From the NCBI GenBank assembly GCA_024277675.1, contig JAJRUS010000007.1, forward strand, positions 4,254 to 68,253: 64,000 bases of DNA, written 5' to 3'. Shown piece by piece: positions 17,352 to 28,576 of the stretch. A program made the position numbers and the translations under genes. This DNA is from a bacterium. GTDB taxonomy: Bacteria; SZUA-182; SZUA-191; JAJRXT01. Position 1 is the stretch's first letter. Each line of letters starts with the position of its first letter. A model generated the notes under the pieces. That model was not told the DNA's origin. It did no database searches and saw only the letters and a list, made by a program, of their open reading frames with translations.

Positions 17352-19289
17352 TTAAACAGTTACCGGTGGAAACTCGAAAGGTGAGATACAGTCCCGGCCA
17401 AACCCTTGAAGCGTTTCAGTTAAACGTTGCTTTTCCTGTTCAAACTGCTCCATAAAGCCAGCCGGCAACTGCTCTTCTTCTGCAAACAACTTTTCCACTC
17501 TTTCAAGCTTCTCCAATAGTTTCTTGGTTCTTAGCTTAAACTGAGTTTCGTAGTCTGCTTTTGTATAGTCTTCAGCCAAAATTTGACGAAATAATTGCTT
17601 TAAGTCCTCAAACTTCGGGATAAAGCCGATAGGAGTCTTAATTGCGCCATATTCATTATGAATACGTCCCTCAGCCCACAGCAGCCACACCTTTTTATCA
17701 AGCTTTGAATTTAAAAATTTACCGTCTTCTTTCAGAAAATAATTTGTATGAAATATTTTTGGCGGGGTATTTAGCCGATTACCAAAATCGAGTTGGCTTT
17801 TTATGTATTGCCCCAAAGGCACCACCAGAAAGTCGAGATTGGCCATAGGATTATGTTTTCTAACGCCGGCTTTTCCTAAGGTGGCGGCAGTGGTTTCTGA
17901 TTCAATTGCGGCCCCCACATAAACTCCATGCGTCCAGCTTAATGCCTCAAAAACAGGGACATTAGTATCAGAGTCCCGGCCGCCATAAATAAAACCGCTC
18001 ACCGGAACCCCATCCGGATGGTTAAGCCTTTCGTCTGCGTTGCCTAGCTCGCTGATTCTTATGGTATAACGAGCATTCTTGTGCGCCGGGTCTATAGGGT
18101 TTCCCTGCTGGTCTTTTTTACCCTCAAACCATTCTCCGGAAAAATTAATTCCGGCCGGGGGAATTTCTTTTCCCATATTAAGCCAATAGGGTACGCCGTC
18201 GACATTTAATACGTTGGAAAAAATCAGCTCTCTGGGAGTGGTTAAGGCTTTGTAAATTACCGGATCATCTTCGGGATTCACATCGGTTATTATGCCGAAT
18301 ATGCCTTGTTCGACATTAACCGCATATGCCCGGCCATCTTCGCCAGCCCTTATGTAGGCAATGTCGTCACCGATGATTGATTGACCGGATATCATAGCGG
18401 TTGAGGTTTTGCCGCAGGCGCTGGGGTAGGCGCCGGTAAAATAGGTGACCCGATCTTTGCCTTCCGGCCGGGCGCCCAGGATAAACATATGCTCGCATAA
18501 CCAGCCTTCCCGGTTGGCTTTGTTTATAGCCAGCCGGAGGGCCAGCTTTTTGAGGCCGACACTGTTTCCGGCGTATTGATTGTTAACGGTAAATACCCTG
18601 TTTTCCTGCAGGTCAATATATACCCGCCTATTATCGATATTCGCCGTATTGCATCTGGCGTCAAGCTCACCGGCGGAATGCACAAAATAAAAGAAATCAT
18701 CCCCACAGCCCTTGAATTCCTCATAGCCCGGTCTATATAAAATAGTCTCGCTGTGAGCCACATATGCTGAATCAGTAAGCTGCAAAGCGGGAATGGAGAA
18801 TTTGGAGTTATTAGGGCCTAAGCAGAAGAAACATATCAGCAGCTCTTTCCCCTGCATAGAGCCTGCCAGAAAGCCCAGCACCTCGTTCAGGCCTGCTTCT
18901 CTGTCTTTTGAATTAATAAAGCTGCTTATCTTTACCCCTGCGGGGAGCAAAACTTTGGTGTTTGCCTTATCCCGGGCCTGGTCACGAATCCCGTCAAAAT
19001 GTATGGTATGCCCTTGCATGGCCAGCCGCTGTTCTTCATTGTTTTTTAGCGACAGTTCCCTCACATACTCAATATCTTCCTGGCTGTCAGTAATAACGGT
19101 TACTTTGCCGGGCTTACAATGATCGATAAACTTCTCGATTATTTCTAATATCTTGGGGTTATTAAGCGCTTTTATTTTTTTTAAGTTTGTCTCATTCATA
19201 ATTTTTTGCTCACATCCAGATAATATCCCACGCCCCGTTTCATAACCGGCTGTATCTTTTACTAAAACCCCCATGTTACCTCGCATCAA
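17352..19289 (-). CDS. pckG: Phosphoenolpyruvate carboxykinase (GTP)
   Basis: The kinase-1a motif YFTGAYPSACGKTSTAM and other GTP-PEPCK hallmarks are present, and the protein is about 600 aa. The true start is probably an internal Met (MNETNLKK). Confidence 0.9.
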   Translation of the reverse strand: MMRGNMGVLVKDTAGYETGRGILSGCEQKIMNETNLKKIKALNNPKILEIIEKFIDHCKPGKVTVITDSQEDIEYVRELSLKNNEEQRLAMQGHTIHFDGIRDQARDKANTKVLLPAGVKISSFINSKDREAGLNEVLGFLAGSMQGKELLICFFCLGPNNSKFSIPALQLTDSAYVAHSETILYRPGYEEFKGCGDDFFYFVHSAGELDARCNTANIDNRRVYIDLQENRVFTVNNQYAGNSVGLKKLALRLAINKANREGWLCEHMFILGARPEGKDRVTYFTGAYPSACGKTSTAMISGQSIIGDDIAYIRAGEDGRAYAVNVEQGIFGIITDVNPEDDPVIYKALTTPRELIFSNVLNVDGVPYWLNMGKEIPPAGINFSGEWFEGKKDQQGNPIDPAHKNARYTIRISELGNADERLNHPDGVPVSGFIYGGRDSDTNVPVFEALSWTHGVYVGAAIESETTAATLGKAGVRKHNPMANLDFLVVPLGQYIKSQLDFGNRLNTPPKIFHTNYFLKEDGKFLNSKLDKKVWLLWAEGRIHNEYGAIKTPIGFIPKFEDLKQLFRQILAEDYTKADYETQFKLRTKKLLEKLERVEKLFAEEEQLPAGFMEQFEQEKQRLTETLQGFGRDCISPFEFPPVTV

Positions 19290-19521
19290 GTTAAGAGTGA
19301 GAATCCCAATTAATTTATAACCTGAAAAATTAAGATTTTATTACTATAAGCTGCAGCAAGGGACACATCCCCCTTTTTGCGGCTAGGAGCCGAACGTAAA
19401 ATCAATAGAACGATGTTCTATTATAAGTTGTTATTTGAACACTGTCAACATAAAAAAAAACTGAGTAATCCCTCAGTGAAGAGGGGGTGGTACAAAAGGC
19501 ATTTAGTGATACAATAGCTAA

Positions 19522-20043
19522 CTATTGCAGCGCCCGGATAATAGCCTGGGCAAACTGAGTAGCGGCCGGGGGGCCGCTACCGGTAATAATGCAGCCATCC
19601 CGCTCCACCTCGCGGCCGGTATAGATAGCGCCTTTAGCCTCAAGCCGGGGAATTTCAGCAGAAAATACGGTGGCTTTTTTATCTTTAAGCAAGCCGGCAT
19701 TGGCTAAAATTATGGGGGCAATACAGATTGCGGCCACTATCCGCTGATTATCATAGGCTGTTTGCGCAATAGCGTGGCAGATGGGATCGTCCCAGTATTC
19801 AGCCGCTCCGTTGCCTCCCACAAAGATTACCGCCTGATAATCTTCGGCGGTGACATCAGCTACCAAAACAAGGGGTCTAACTTTCATTCCCAGCATCCCC
19901 GTGGACACGGAAAGCTTGGAACTGGCTACCGTTACCGTTGCCCCCTGTTCCTCAAACAACTTTTCAGGTATATAAAATTCCTCGTCTCGGAAATTATTAC
20001 TGGCTATAACCATCAATATTTTTCGGTTAGTTAAGGCCTTCAT
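19522..20043 (-). CDS. DJ-1/PfpI-family protein
   Basis: The nucleophile-elbow region AICIAPIILANAGLL is present in 173 aa. Confidence 0.75.
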   Translation of the reverse strand: MKALTNRKILMVIASNNFRDEEFYIPEKLFEEQGATVTVASSKLSVSTGMLGMKVRPLVLVADVTAEDYQAVIFVGGNGAAEYWDDPICHAIAQTAYDNQRIVAAICIAPIILANAGLLKDKKATVFSAEIPRLEAKGAIYTGREVERDGCIITGSGPPAATQFAQAIIRALQ

Positions 20044-20056
20044 CCACGGATTATCC

Positions 20057-21079
20057 CTATTTTGCCTTTTTTACTATTTTTTTTATTTCCGTTATAACAT
20101 CATCGGAATTACTGCCATCGACTTCGGCTTCAAAGTTGAGAATAACCCGGTGCCGCAGAGCCGGGAGGAAAGCCCGGTCGATATCTTCGAAGCCAACATT
20201 TGCCAGACCATCCAACAGCGCCCGGACCTTACCGGCCAGCACCAAAGCCTGAGCTCCACGAGTACTGGCGCCGTATTTGACATATTTGGTGGTTATCTGG
20301 GGAATTGGCGACCGGCGGCTGCCGATTTTACGTTGTACATTATTGGGGCGGGTAGCGAACAACAACCTTACCACATATTCTTCCACCTCTGAAGATATAA
20401 GCACTTCCCTTACCAGTGACTTCATGGATTCGATGGTTTTCCAACCCTCGTCCGATAACACCGGTTTTACCTGGTACTTCCCGGAAGCGGTGGTACGCCG
20501 GATAATTTCTTTTTCACCTTCAAAATCAGCATAGAACAAATGGAGTTTAAAGATAAAACGATCCATCTGGGCCTCGGGCAGGGGGTAAGTGCCCTCCATT
20601 TCAATAGGGTTCTGGGTGGCCAGCACAAAGAAAGGAGGATTGAGTTTATAACTCTTACCGGCCACGGTAACCTGGCTTTCGGCCATGGCTTCCAAAAAAG
20701 CGGATTGTGTTTTTGGCGTTGCCCGATTTATTTCATCTGCCAGCACAATATTGGAAAAGATGGGCCCGGCCTGAAACTCGAATTTTTTGCCGCCGGCATC
20801 ATCGACCACCAGGTTGGTGCCGATTACATCGGCCGGCATAAGATCCGGAGTGAACTGGATTCGCCTGAATTTAAGCCCCAGCGCTTCGCCCAGGGATTTA
20901 ATCAACAGGGTTTTGCCCAGTCCCGGCACCCCCTCCAAAAGCACATGTCCGCCGGCGAATAAGGCTACCAGCACCTGTTCAATTATCGTTTCGTGTCCCA
21001 CGATAACCTTGCTGATCTCAGTTTTTATCTGGTTAAAGGTGTTGGCAAACTGTTCGATTATTCCCCTTTCTGGCTGCAT
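20057..21079 (-). CDS. MoxR-like AAA+ ATPase
   Basis: A Walker A motif (GVPGLGKT) and a Walker B motif (VLADEINR) are present. The MoxR layout includes the C-terminal lid. Confidence 0.85.
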   Translation of the reverse strand: MQPERGIIEQFANTFNQIKTEISKVIVGHETIIEQVLVALFAGGHVLLEGVPGLGKTLLIKSLGEALGLKFRRIQFTPDLMPADVIGTNLVVDDAGGKKFEFQAGPIFSNIVLADEINRATPKTQSAFLEAMAESQVTVAGKSYKLNPPFFVLATQNPIEMEGTYPLPEAQMDRFIFKLHLFYADFEGEKEIIRRTTASGKYQVKPVLSDEGWKTIESMKSLVREVLISSEVEEYVVRLLFATRPNNVQRKIGSRRSPIPQITTKYVKYGASTRGAQALVLAGKVRALLDGLANVGFEDIDRAFLPALRHRVILNFEAEVDGSNSDDVITEIKKIVKKAK

Positions 21080-21081
21080 AG

Positions 21082-21699
21082 TTATAAGCTTCCCTTGGTG
21101 GATGGAATCTGTCCCTTAAGACGCTCATCCAGTTGACTGGCCTCATCCAGCGCCCGGCCAAACGCCTTAAACATGGCCTCGATTATGTGATGCAGGTTTT
21201 CGCCGTAATGTAAAATGATGTGTAAATTGGTCTGGCAGCTATTGGCGAAAGATTTAAAGAATTCGGCTATCAGCTCCAGATCAATCCCTTTTATTTTATC
21301 ATCCAGCCGTTGAGCAATAGATCCGTTAATGGTAGCCTGATTACGTATAATGAAGGCCGCCCGTCCCCCCAGATCAAGGGCTATGGTAACCAGCGCTTCA
21401 TCCATTGGCAAAATTACACTGCCGTAGCGCCGGATACCTTTTTTGTCACCAATCGCTTGAGCTACTGCTTCTCCCAATGTAAGGCCGATATCCTCTACCG
21501 TATGATGCAGGTCTATATGGGTATCGCCGCTGGCTGATACCTCCAGATCAAATTGTCCATGCCGGGCAAACAAATCCAGCATGTGATCCAGGAAGGGAAT
21601 GCTGGTGGCTACGGCTGCTTTGCCGCTGCCATCCAGGTTTATAGCTACCCTGATTTGTGTTTCCTGGGTACTGCGTTCTATTTTTGCTTTACGGGCCAT
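21082..21699 (-). CDS. hisB: Imidazoleglycerol-phosphate dehydratase
   Basis: IGPD motifs are present ([14 protein letters not shown]...). The likely start is [16 protein letters not shown], although the frame stays open up to 21714. Confidence 0.9.
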   Translation of the reverse strand: MARKAKIERSTQETQIRVAINLDGSGKAAVATSIPFLDHMLDLFARHGQFDLEVSASGDTHIDLHHTVEDIGLTLGEAVAQAIGDKKGIRRYGSVILPMDEALVTIALDLGGRAAFIIRNQATINGSIAQRLDDKIKGIDLELIAEFFKSFANSCQTNLHIILHYGENLHHIIEAMFKAFGRALDEASQLDERLKGQIPSTKGSL

Positions 21700-22412
21700 A
21701 GTTTTTTTAACCAACTTAAGTTCAAATGTTTATCAATTAAATCAGCGATATTTCCTAACCGGGTCTCTTCCACGCTTATATCAGCGCTATAAGGGATAAC
21801 CCCACACACCGGTACCCCGGTTAACTGTTGGATTATCCGGGGATTGTTTTCCTCTACTATACCATCATTTCCAGCTTGAGTATGGTTTAAAATAATTCCT
21901 TCGACCCGGATGCCTTGGCTTTGGGCGCAGCTTACGGTAAGCGCCGTATGATTTATGGTGCCCAGATTCGCCCGGGCCACAATCACAAGCGGCAACTTTA
22001 GCTGCTTAATCAAATCCACCAAGGTATAATTATCCGAAAGAGGCACCATCAAGCCTCCCGCGCCCTCTACAATTACCACTTGATAGCGGGCTGCCAAATT
22101 ATGGTGAGCTTCAATAATCCGCCGGGGGTCGATTTTAATGCCGGCTACCCTGGCCGCCAGACTGGGAGCCGCCGGCAGCTCCAAACAATATGGATTCGTA
22201 ATTTCCAGGGGTTCTTCAAGGGAAGCGGCCCTAAGCAATAGCCTTAAGTCTTCAGATTCAAGCCGTCCGTTAACTTTTTTAGCGCCGGTCTGCACCGGTT
22301 TCATGGCCGCCACCGTTATCGCTTGTGATTTTAAGTAAGCGGCTAAGCCGGCGGCGATAACGGTCTTACCTACCCCGGTATCGGTGCCGGTGATGAAAAT
22401 ACCCCGGCCCAT
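21678..22412 (-). CDS. bioD: Dethiobiotin synthetase
   Basis: The P-loop [14 protein letters not shown] is present in 244 aa. Confidence 0.85.
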   Translation of the reverse strand: MGRGIFITGTDTGVGKTVIAAGLAAYLKSQAITVAAMKPVQTGAKKVNGRLESEDLRLLLRAASLEEPLEITNPYCLELPAAPSLAARVAGIKIDPRRIIEAHHNLAARYQVVIVEGAGGLMVPLSDNYTLVDLIKQLKLPLVIVARANLGTINHTALTVSCAQSQGIRVEGIILNHTQAGNDGIVEENNPRIIQQLTGVPVCGVIPYSADISVEETRLGNIADLIDKHLNLSWLKKLWPVKQK

Positions 22413-23423
22413 TTAACCCACCATCATCGGCATAAACTGGCTGGAGCCGTAAATGCCGTATAACCCATTATCTTTAAGCCAGCGGGCCCGCTTGAGGTAT
22501 CCCAGCGCCGGGCCGATGACATTGGCCGCCATACAGGTTTCATCTCCCAGAATAAACCGGTGCGAGCTGGTTTTACCGTCATAGGTTTTTCCGGTCAGGG
22601 TCATAGTGGTGCTTACCGGTTTTTTGGCGTTACTGGTGTCGATAATACCCCCGACCCGTACCTTATCACGGGAGTCCACTACCCCGGCCAGCTCCAGCAA
22701 AAGGTCATCCGCATGTTCCATGTTGTGTAATTCCAGCTTGCCGTCCCGGGCATCAAGTAACCTTTCCACATCTTCATCGCTCATCGCCTCGGCTTTTTCC
22801 AGGTTATATTCCGGCAGATGCGCTATATCCTCCATTACGGTAGCCTTATACTCTTCCCAACTGGAAATCCCCACCCCCCACCAGATATCGACCGCTTCTA
22901 CCTCCATATAGGATTGAGCCGCCAGTACGGCTGCCGTAGTAAGCAGACCCGGCGAGGCCCCAGCGCCAGTGATGTAAGTACTTTTTACCTGTTTAAGCGT
23001 AGGAGTCAGCCGGAACATTTGCTCCATGGCCGAGGTTCTTTTTAAGGCATCACTGAAAGCGGTTTCAAATCCGGCCTCGATAAAACGCTCAATAATGCCG
23101 GGAATGAATTCATTGGGCAGATTGGGTAAGGCTATTAAGACGCCGTCTATTTCCGAACTGCCGAGCTTAATAATCTCACCGATAGAATCAGTGCTGGCCT
23201 TGCCGTCTCCGGGTATACCGGCCAGGCTTTGATCGGGTTCCAGTTTCATTATGGCCTGTACATCCAGGCCGGATGGATTATATGCGTATCCCCGGCTGTC
23301 ACAGATAGCCACCAAATGCAAGCTGCGCTTTTGGGAGACAATCTGTACCGCCGCCTTACCTAACCCCCCGGCGCCCAAAATCGCCAGTCGCATAGCTGTT
23401 TCACTCACATTTATCTCCTTCAA
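22413..23423 (-). CDS. NAD(P)-binding saccharopine-dehydrogenase-like protein, possibly a BioU-type DAPA-forming enzyme
   Basis: An N-terminal Rossmann motif (ILGAGGLGKA) is present in 336 aa. The gene is directly coupled to bioD, and no bioA is in the window. Linkage of BioU-type genes to bioD is recalled from the literature and is not derivable from the sequence. Confidence 0.4.
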   Translation of the reverse strand: MKEINVSETAMRLAILGAGGLGKAAVQIVSQKRSLHLVAICDSRGYAYNPSGLDVQAIMKLEPDQSLAGIPGDGKASTDSIGEIIKLGSSEIDGVLIALPNLPNEFIPGIIERFIEAGFETAFSDALKRTSAMEQMFRLTPTLKQVKSTYITGAGASPGLLTTAAVLAAQSYMEVEAVDIWWGVGISSWEEYKATVMEDIAHLPEYNLEKAEAMSDEDVERLLDARDGKLELHNMEHADDLLLELAGVVDSRDKVRVGGIIDTSNAKKPVSTTMTLTGKTYDGKTSSHRFILGDETCMAANVIGPALGYLKRARWLKDNGLYGIYGSSQFMPMMVG

Positions 23424-23795
23424 GTCTTAATGATATTGAGCCTAAATTACCAATTGCCATAAATTATAAACGGATTTTTGCGATAAAAGCAACAAAAAAG
23501 TAGCCGTAACCTATTTGTCACTTTAGCAACTGGAACCGACAAATTCGGTTGACTTTTTATTTAAATTGCCGTAACTTTTAAAACAAAAACAGGGCCTTAA
23601 ATCTAAGGCTAAGCAACAAACAACCAGTTGATATATAATTAATGTTGCCGGCGGTTAAGTATATGACGGCTTTAAGCTGGATGTGCTTGATAAATGTTGC
23701 TATATTTTGTACATAAAATTCAATATAATTGATGATAATAAGAACCGTATTTATGCAACCGGAGTCATTAAGCTTGTTTTTAACAAAGGCTGATT

Positions 23796-25508
23796 ATGTA
23801 TAAGGCATTTTATGGCTTAAAAGAGGACCCCTTCAGCTTAAACACCGATCCTCGTTTTTACTATTATAATGAAGATTCCCGAAATGCGATTAAGCAGATA
23901 AGCTATGATTTGCAAAACGGAAAGGGGCTGGTGGAGATTGTCGGTGATATAGGCACCGGAAAAACCGTCTTTTGCCACGCCTTGATAAATTATTTAAGCC
24001 CCAACACCCGTACCGTTTTCTTACCCAACGCCTATTTTTCGGAATTAGAATTCCTGGAAATAATTGCTCAAAGACTGGAAATAAATTGTTCGGGAAAAAT
24101 TCAGAGCGAGATTATTCAGGCTATTGGGAGTTATCTGGTTGGTGAATATGCCGCCGGCAGAAATGTGGTCTTAATATTTGATGAAGCCCAAAACCTTTCC
24201 AACAATTTATTGGAACAAATCAGACTGCTCTCCAATATTGGCATTGAAAATAATCATCCCCTTCAAATAGTATTGGCCGGACAGCTTGAGTTAGAAGCCA
24301 AGCTGCGACACCCGGTGTTGAGGAACCTGGATCAACGTATTTGTTGTCGTTATTATGTAAAACCCCTGAAGCGGAAAAAATTGAAAGATTATATTTTCCA
24401 TCGATTAAAGATTGCCGGTTATGCAAGTGGAATTACTTTTACCAGCGGAGCGCTGAACAGTATCTACAATTTTTCTAAGGGATTACCCCGGTTAATTAAT
24501 GTAGTCTGTGATAAGTCTTTGCTAGTCGGCTATTTCTTTAAAACCAGGACGATAAGCACAAAAACAGTGAAATTAGCCATCAAGAACACCCAGGGACGCT
24601 GGTATCATTTTCCTTCGCTGTTTTTATATAATCTGTCTAAAGCTACGGCCAAGGTCGCCATAATCATAATGGTTTTTTCATTGATACTCACCTGGCAATA
24701 TCAGCATAAAATTATAGGCTGGAGCAAAAAAGTCTCACCCTCCCTGTCTCTTATCAAGGCGGTGGTATTAAATCAGTTCCCGCCGCTTTCAAGAAGCCGG
24801 GACAGTAAAGCTCAAAAGCAACCGGAATTATCCGCTAAAGACGACAATCGTTTGATCTATTCAACTGAATTGATGGCCAACCCCCATATTATATGTGCTG
24901 CCATACTGATTAAAATGTGGGGCATAGAGCAGCCGGTAAATGGGGACTGGAAAACCTGGAAGCGGTCGGAGACAGAATTTTTAGATATCAATCAAATAGC
25001 CGGAAAATATGGATTACAAGCTACTCAGTTAAAAACAGATTTGGCTGAATTGCAGGCCATAGACCTTCCCTGTATTTTGCAGCAAGTAAGGGATAATGAA
25101 TCCTCTACGGCTGGCCCCATGGTGTTGGCTAAGTTAACCGAAGACAAAGCCATACTCTATAATCCCCGGCAAGGCCTGGTTAATTTGAGCCGGGAAGACT
25201 TAGCCCGCAATTGGTCAGGTCAGGCTGTCATCCTGTGGCGCAATTTAGATCAATTATCGGATAGGCCGCTCTTTTCTAAAGGCAGCGATGGTGAAGATAT
25301 GCAACAGGTAAGAATCAGGTTGCGGCAGTTGGGGTATCTGGAAAAAAAGCTGGCGCAGGCAGATGGACAAGCGCTTAAGGAAGCTATTCGCAAGTTCCAG
25401 CAGGACAATCAATTGATGCAGGACGGTATCTTGGGAGCCGCTTCCAAGATCGCCCTCTACCGTATTCTGAGCTCCCCCTTCGGCCCCAGCTTAAGCGGGG
25501 AAGGGTAG
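23796..25508 (+). CDS. ExeA/GspA-like AAA ATPase with a transmembrane segment and a C-terminal peptidoglycan-binding domain
   Basis: A Walker A motif (GDIGTGKT) is present. A transmembrane helix (AKVAIIIMVFSLILTW) follows. The C-terminus is PG_binding_1-like (IRLRQLGYL...IRKFQQDNQL..DGILG). Confidence 0.65.
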   Translation: MYKAFYGLKEDPFSLNTDPRFYYYNEDSRNAIKQISYDLQNGKGLVEIVGDIGTGKTVFCHALINYLSPNTRTVFLPNAYFSELEFLEIIAQRLEINCSGKIQSEIIQAIGSYLVGEYAAGRNVVLIFDEAQNLSNNLLEQIRLLSNIGIENNHPLQIVLAGQLELEAKLRHPVLRNLDQRICCRYYVKPLKRKKLKDYIFHRLKIAGYASGITFTSGALNSIYNFSKGLPRLINVVCDKSLLVGYFFKTRTISTKTVKLAIKNTQGRWYHFPSLFLYNLSKATAKVAIIIMVFSLILTWQYQHKIIGWSKKVSPSLSLIKAVVLNQFPPLSRSRDSKAQKQPELSAKDDNRLIYSTELMANPHIICAAILIKMWGIEQPVNGDWKTWKRSETEFLDINQIAGKYGLQATQLKTDLAELQAIDLPCILQQVRDNESSTAGPMVLAKLTEDKAILYNPRQGLVNLSREDLARNWSGQAVILWRNLDQLSDRPLFSKGSDGEDMQQVRIRLRQLGYLEKKLAQADGQALKEAIRKFQQDNQLMQDGILGAASKIALYRILSSPFGPSLSGEG

Positions 25509-25597
25509 CTAGCCGCCCCCCCCCTGTGTCCCCCAGCCCCGCATCAGGTAAAGCCTTCCCACCGAGTTAACCCTAAAGCCCTGCCGCCCCTTCTTGA

Positions 25598-28570
25598 TTA
25601 GTCCGGATTCCGCCCGGTTTGTTCCAATTTTTGTTTTAGCAATTTTATGCGGCGGGCGGCGTATTTGCCCTGGGAGTTGTCCTTGTGATCCTCGGCGATT
25701 TTCTGAAAGAGCTTTATGGCTTCTTCCGGCTGCCCCAGTTGCTGGTAAGCCTCGCCGGCTTTAAAGCGGGCGGTTACCGCCCACATATCCGACCCGGAGT
25801 GCAGATAGGTTACTTTAAGATATTCTACAATGGCCTGCTTTAAATTTCCCTGTAACTGATAGCATTCTCCAATCCAATATTACGCTTCGGTCTTCAGTTC
25901 ATTGTCGGTGGTTTGTTCAATCAATTGCTTGAAGGCCATAATTGCCAGCTCATATTGTTTTTGTTTCTGTAAGTGAATACCCATTTTCAGGCGTTCTTCA
26001 CCGCTAAAAACATAATCCGGATAATTTAAAACTACGGCTTTGAAGGCGCTGGTTAATTCGGGAATATTATTCAACTGCTGATAGCATATGCCAATCAAAT
26101 ATTGAGCCGGGGCGGCTATCTCAACCGGAATGTCGGTTTGTTTAAAAACTTTTTTTAAATAGGGAATGGCCTCGGAGTATTTTTTTTGGTAATAGAGAAT
26201 GCTTCCCTGTCGATAATAAGCGGTGGTAATCTGTGGGCTTTGTGGATATTGCTCAGGTATTTTTTGATATTCGGCCAGCGCCTGGGTTAGTTCACCGGCC
26301 CGGCTTAATGATTCAGCCAGCATAAACTGGGCTTCATCTAAGCCGGGGGTGTGGGCAAAATTTATTAAAATTCCCTGGTAGATTTCTGCGGCGGCCCGAT
26401 AAAACTGCTGATCGAACAATTGTCTGGCTTGCTGGAACTGGGTTCGGCTGGAAGAATCGCCTGGGTTGTGGATAATAAATTTAGGCAAAGTCTCCAGTAT
26501 TTTTTGGTATTCCCCCAGCCGCAGATAACACTCCTTTAACAGCTTATCGGTTTGGTGGGCAAATGGTTGATCGGGAAATTTAGCGTTTAGTTTTTGCAAC
26601 ACCTCTACCACCTGGGAATATTTTTTCTGTTGGAAGTAATTATTGGCTAATTGCCAGATTACCTCTACCTGCCAGGGGCTGTCGGGATAATAATTCAGGA
26701 ATTGCTCAAAGGCGGTATTGGCAGCCTCCAGGTTGTCCTGCTTTATATAAACCCAACCCCGCCAGTAACTTGCTTTCTCGGCCAGGGCGGTGTGGGGATA
26801 TTCTTTTATAAGCTTATTAAATAGCTTCTGTGCGGTGGGGTAATCCGCCTGTTTATAATAGCCTAAAGCCAGCCGTAGTTTAGCCTGTTTAATCAATTCT
26901 ATTTCTAAGTAATTATTAATTAGCTGCTCAAAAGCGGTAATTCCCCGGGGATAATCCCCTTTGAGATAATATAACTCACCGATTTTAAACTGAGCCGCGG
27001 CGGTATTGGGACTATCGGGATAATCTTTTACATATTCGCTAAGGGTCGATAAGGCATAGTCATAGTTGGCCAGTTGAAAATAAGCCAGCCCGGTCTTATA
27101 TTTGGCCTGGGCCGCCAATTTACTGCGGGGGAATTTCTCCAAAAGCACGGCATAGGATCTGACTGCGGCCGGATAGTCCTTTAGCATGTACAGGCTTTCA
27201 GCGATCATCCAATGGGTTTTATCCAATAAGCGACTGAAGGGATACTTGCTTATTACCAGTTGATAAGCGGCCTTGGCCCGGGCAAAATCCCGCTGCTTAA
27301 AGCGAACCTCTCCAATCATAAACTGGGCCTGATCGGCCAATTTGCCCAACGGGTCATACTCGGTTACTTTGGCATAATTTGCTTCCGCTTCAGCATAGAA
27401 CTGTCGCTGGTAATAATTTTGGGCTATCTGAAAGCTGGTTTCGGCTAATATTCTGTTGGTGGGGAACTGCTGCATTAATTGCTCCCAGGTTTCTATAGCC
27501 GCCTGATCCCGGTTTAGCTTCAGTTGGGCTTGGGCCAACAACTGATAAGTCCTGATGGCCAGGCTGCGGTAGGGATCCAGTTTAAGCAATTCAGTAACGA
27601 CCTGTATCGCCTGATGGTAGTTATGCGTTAAAAACAAATCATAACCCTGCTCAAATAATTGCTCACCCCGCAGCAGATTTTCATCGGCGGTCGGTTTTAC
27701 CGCATTAAATGCAGCTAAGGCCTCCCGATATTGCTGCTGTTGATAATAGGCCCAACTGAGCAAATAACCGGCCTGTTCCCTTAACTCACTCTGGGGGTAA
27801 TCCAGTTGCATCCGATTTAAGGGCTCAATCACCGCCAGGTAGTTGCCTTGTTGATAATAAGCCAACGCCAATTGATATAACGTGTTCTCTACTAACGAGC
27901 TTTGTGGAAATTCTGTCAATAATTGATTATATTTCTGGATGGCCGCCGCCAGTTTTTGTGACTTAAAGTAACTATCGCCCAGCCGATAGTAAATCAAATC
28001 ATATGGGGCTGCTTCCAGTTGTTGTTCAATTAGCTGTTGATAGCCTTGTATGGCCTCAGCATATTGCTGGTTTTGGTATGCTTCATTTGCCAACTGTAGC
28101 TTTAAGCTAATAATTCGTTGTTCAATCTCGGATTTATGGATGTTTTCGGGGTAATTGCTAAGTAAGGTACTGTAAGCGGTTAAGGTCGGTTGGGGCTGGT
28201 CCAGGTGATATAGGCTATCTGCTAATCGATATAATAGCCGCTCTCGCTCTTTATGCTCAGGAAATACCTGCAATAGTTGCTCATAGGATGTAGCGGCAGC
28301 CTTATACAGCTTTAGGTAATACTGGCAGTCGGCTATATAAAGCTGTGTTTTTTTAGCTTCCGGGCTTCCGGGGAAGTTTGTTTTAAGCTGTAAAAATTGT
28401 TCTAAGGCCAGATCGTAAATTTGGTCTTTATATAGCTTTTCCGCAAAAATGAATTGCTGTTTTACATCAGTAAAATCAGTGGCGGCATAAGTATATGGGG
28501 TTAATGTTAAAAAAAACAACACCAACCCCCCCACAAAAATATAAAATTTCTGCTGATTTTTTAGATTCAT
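25598..28570 (-). CDS. Large secreted TPR-repeat protein (YbgF/CpoB-like repeats) interrupted by an in-frame TAA at 25880-25882
   Basis: A signal peptide and at least 20 TPR units are present. After the stop the same frame continues with a TPR unit (YWIGECYQLQGNLKQAIVEYLKV...MWAVTARFKAGEAYQQLGQPEEA), which parallels the earlier YLIGICYQQLNNIPELTSAFKAV. Confidence 0.7.
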
Positions 28571-28576
28571 ATCAAA

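Noticed and set aside
19518-20034. Overlapping 60-90 aa ORFs on both strands around the DJ-1/PfpI gene
   Set aside because: They are shadow frames of the DJ-1 coding sequence with no RBS or conservation signal.
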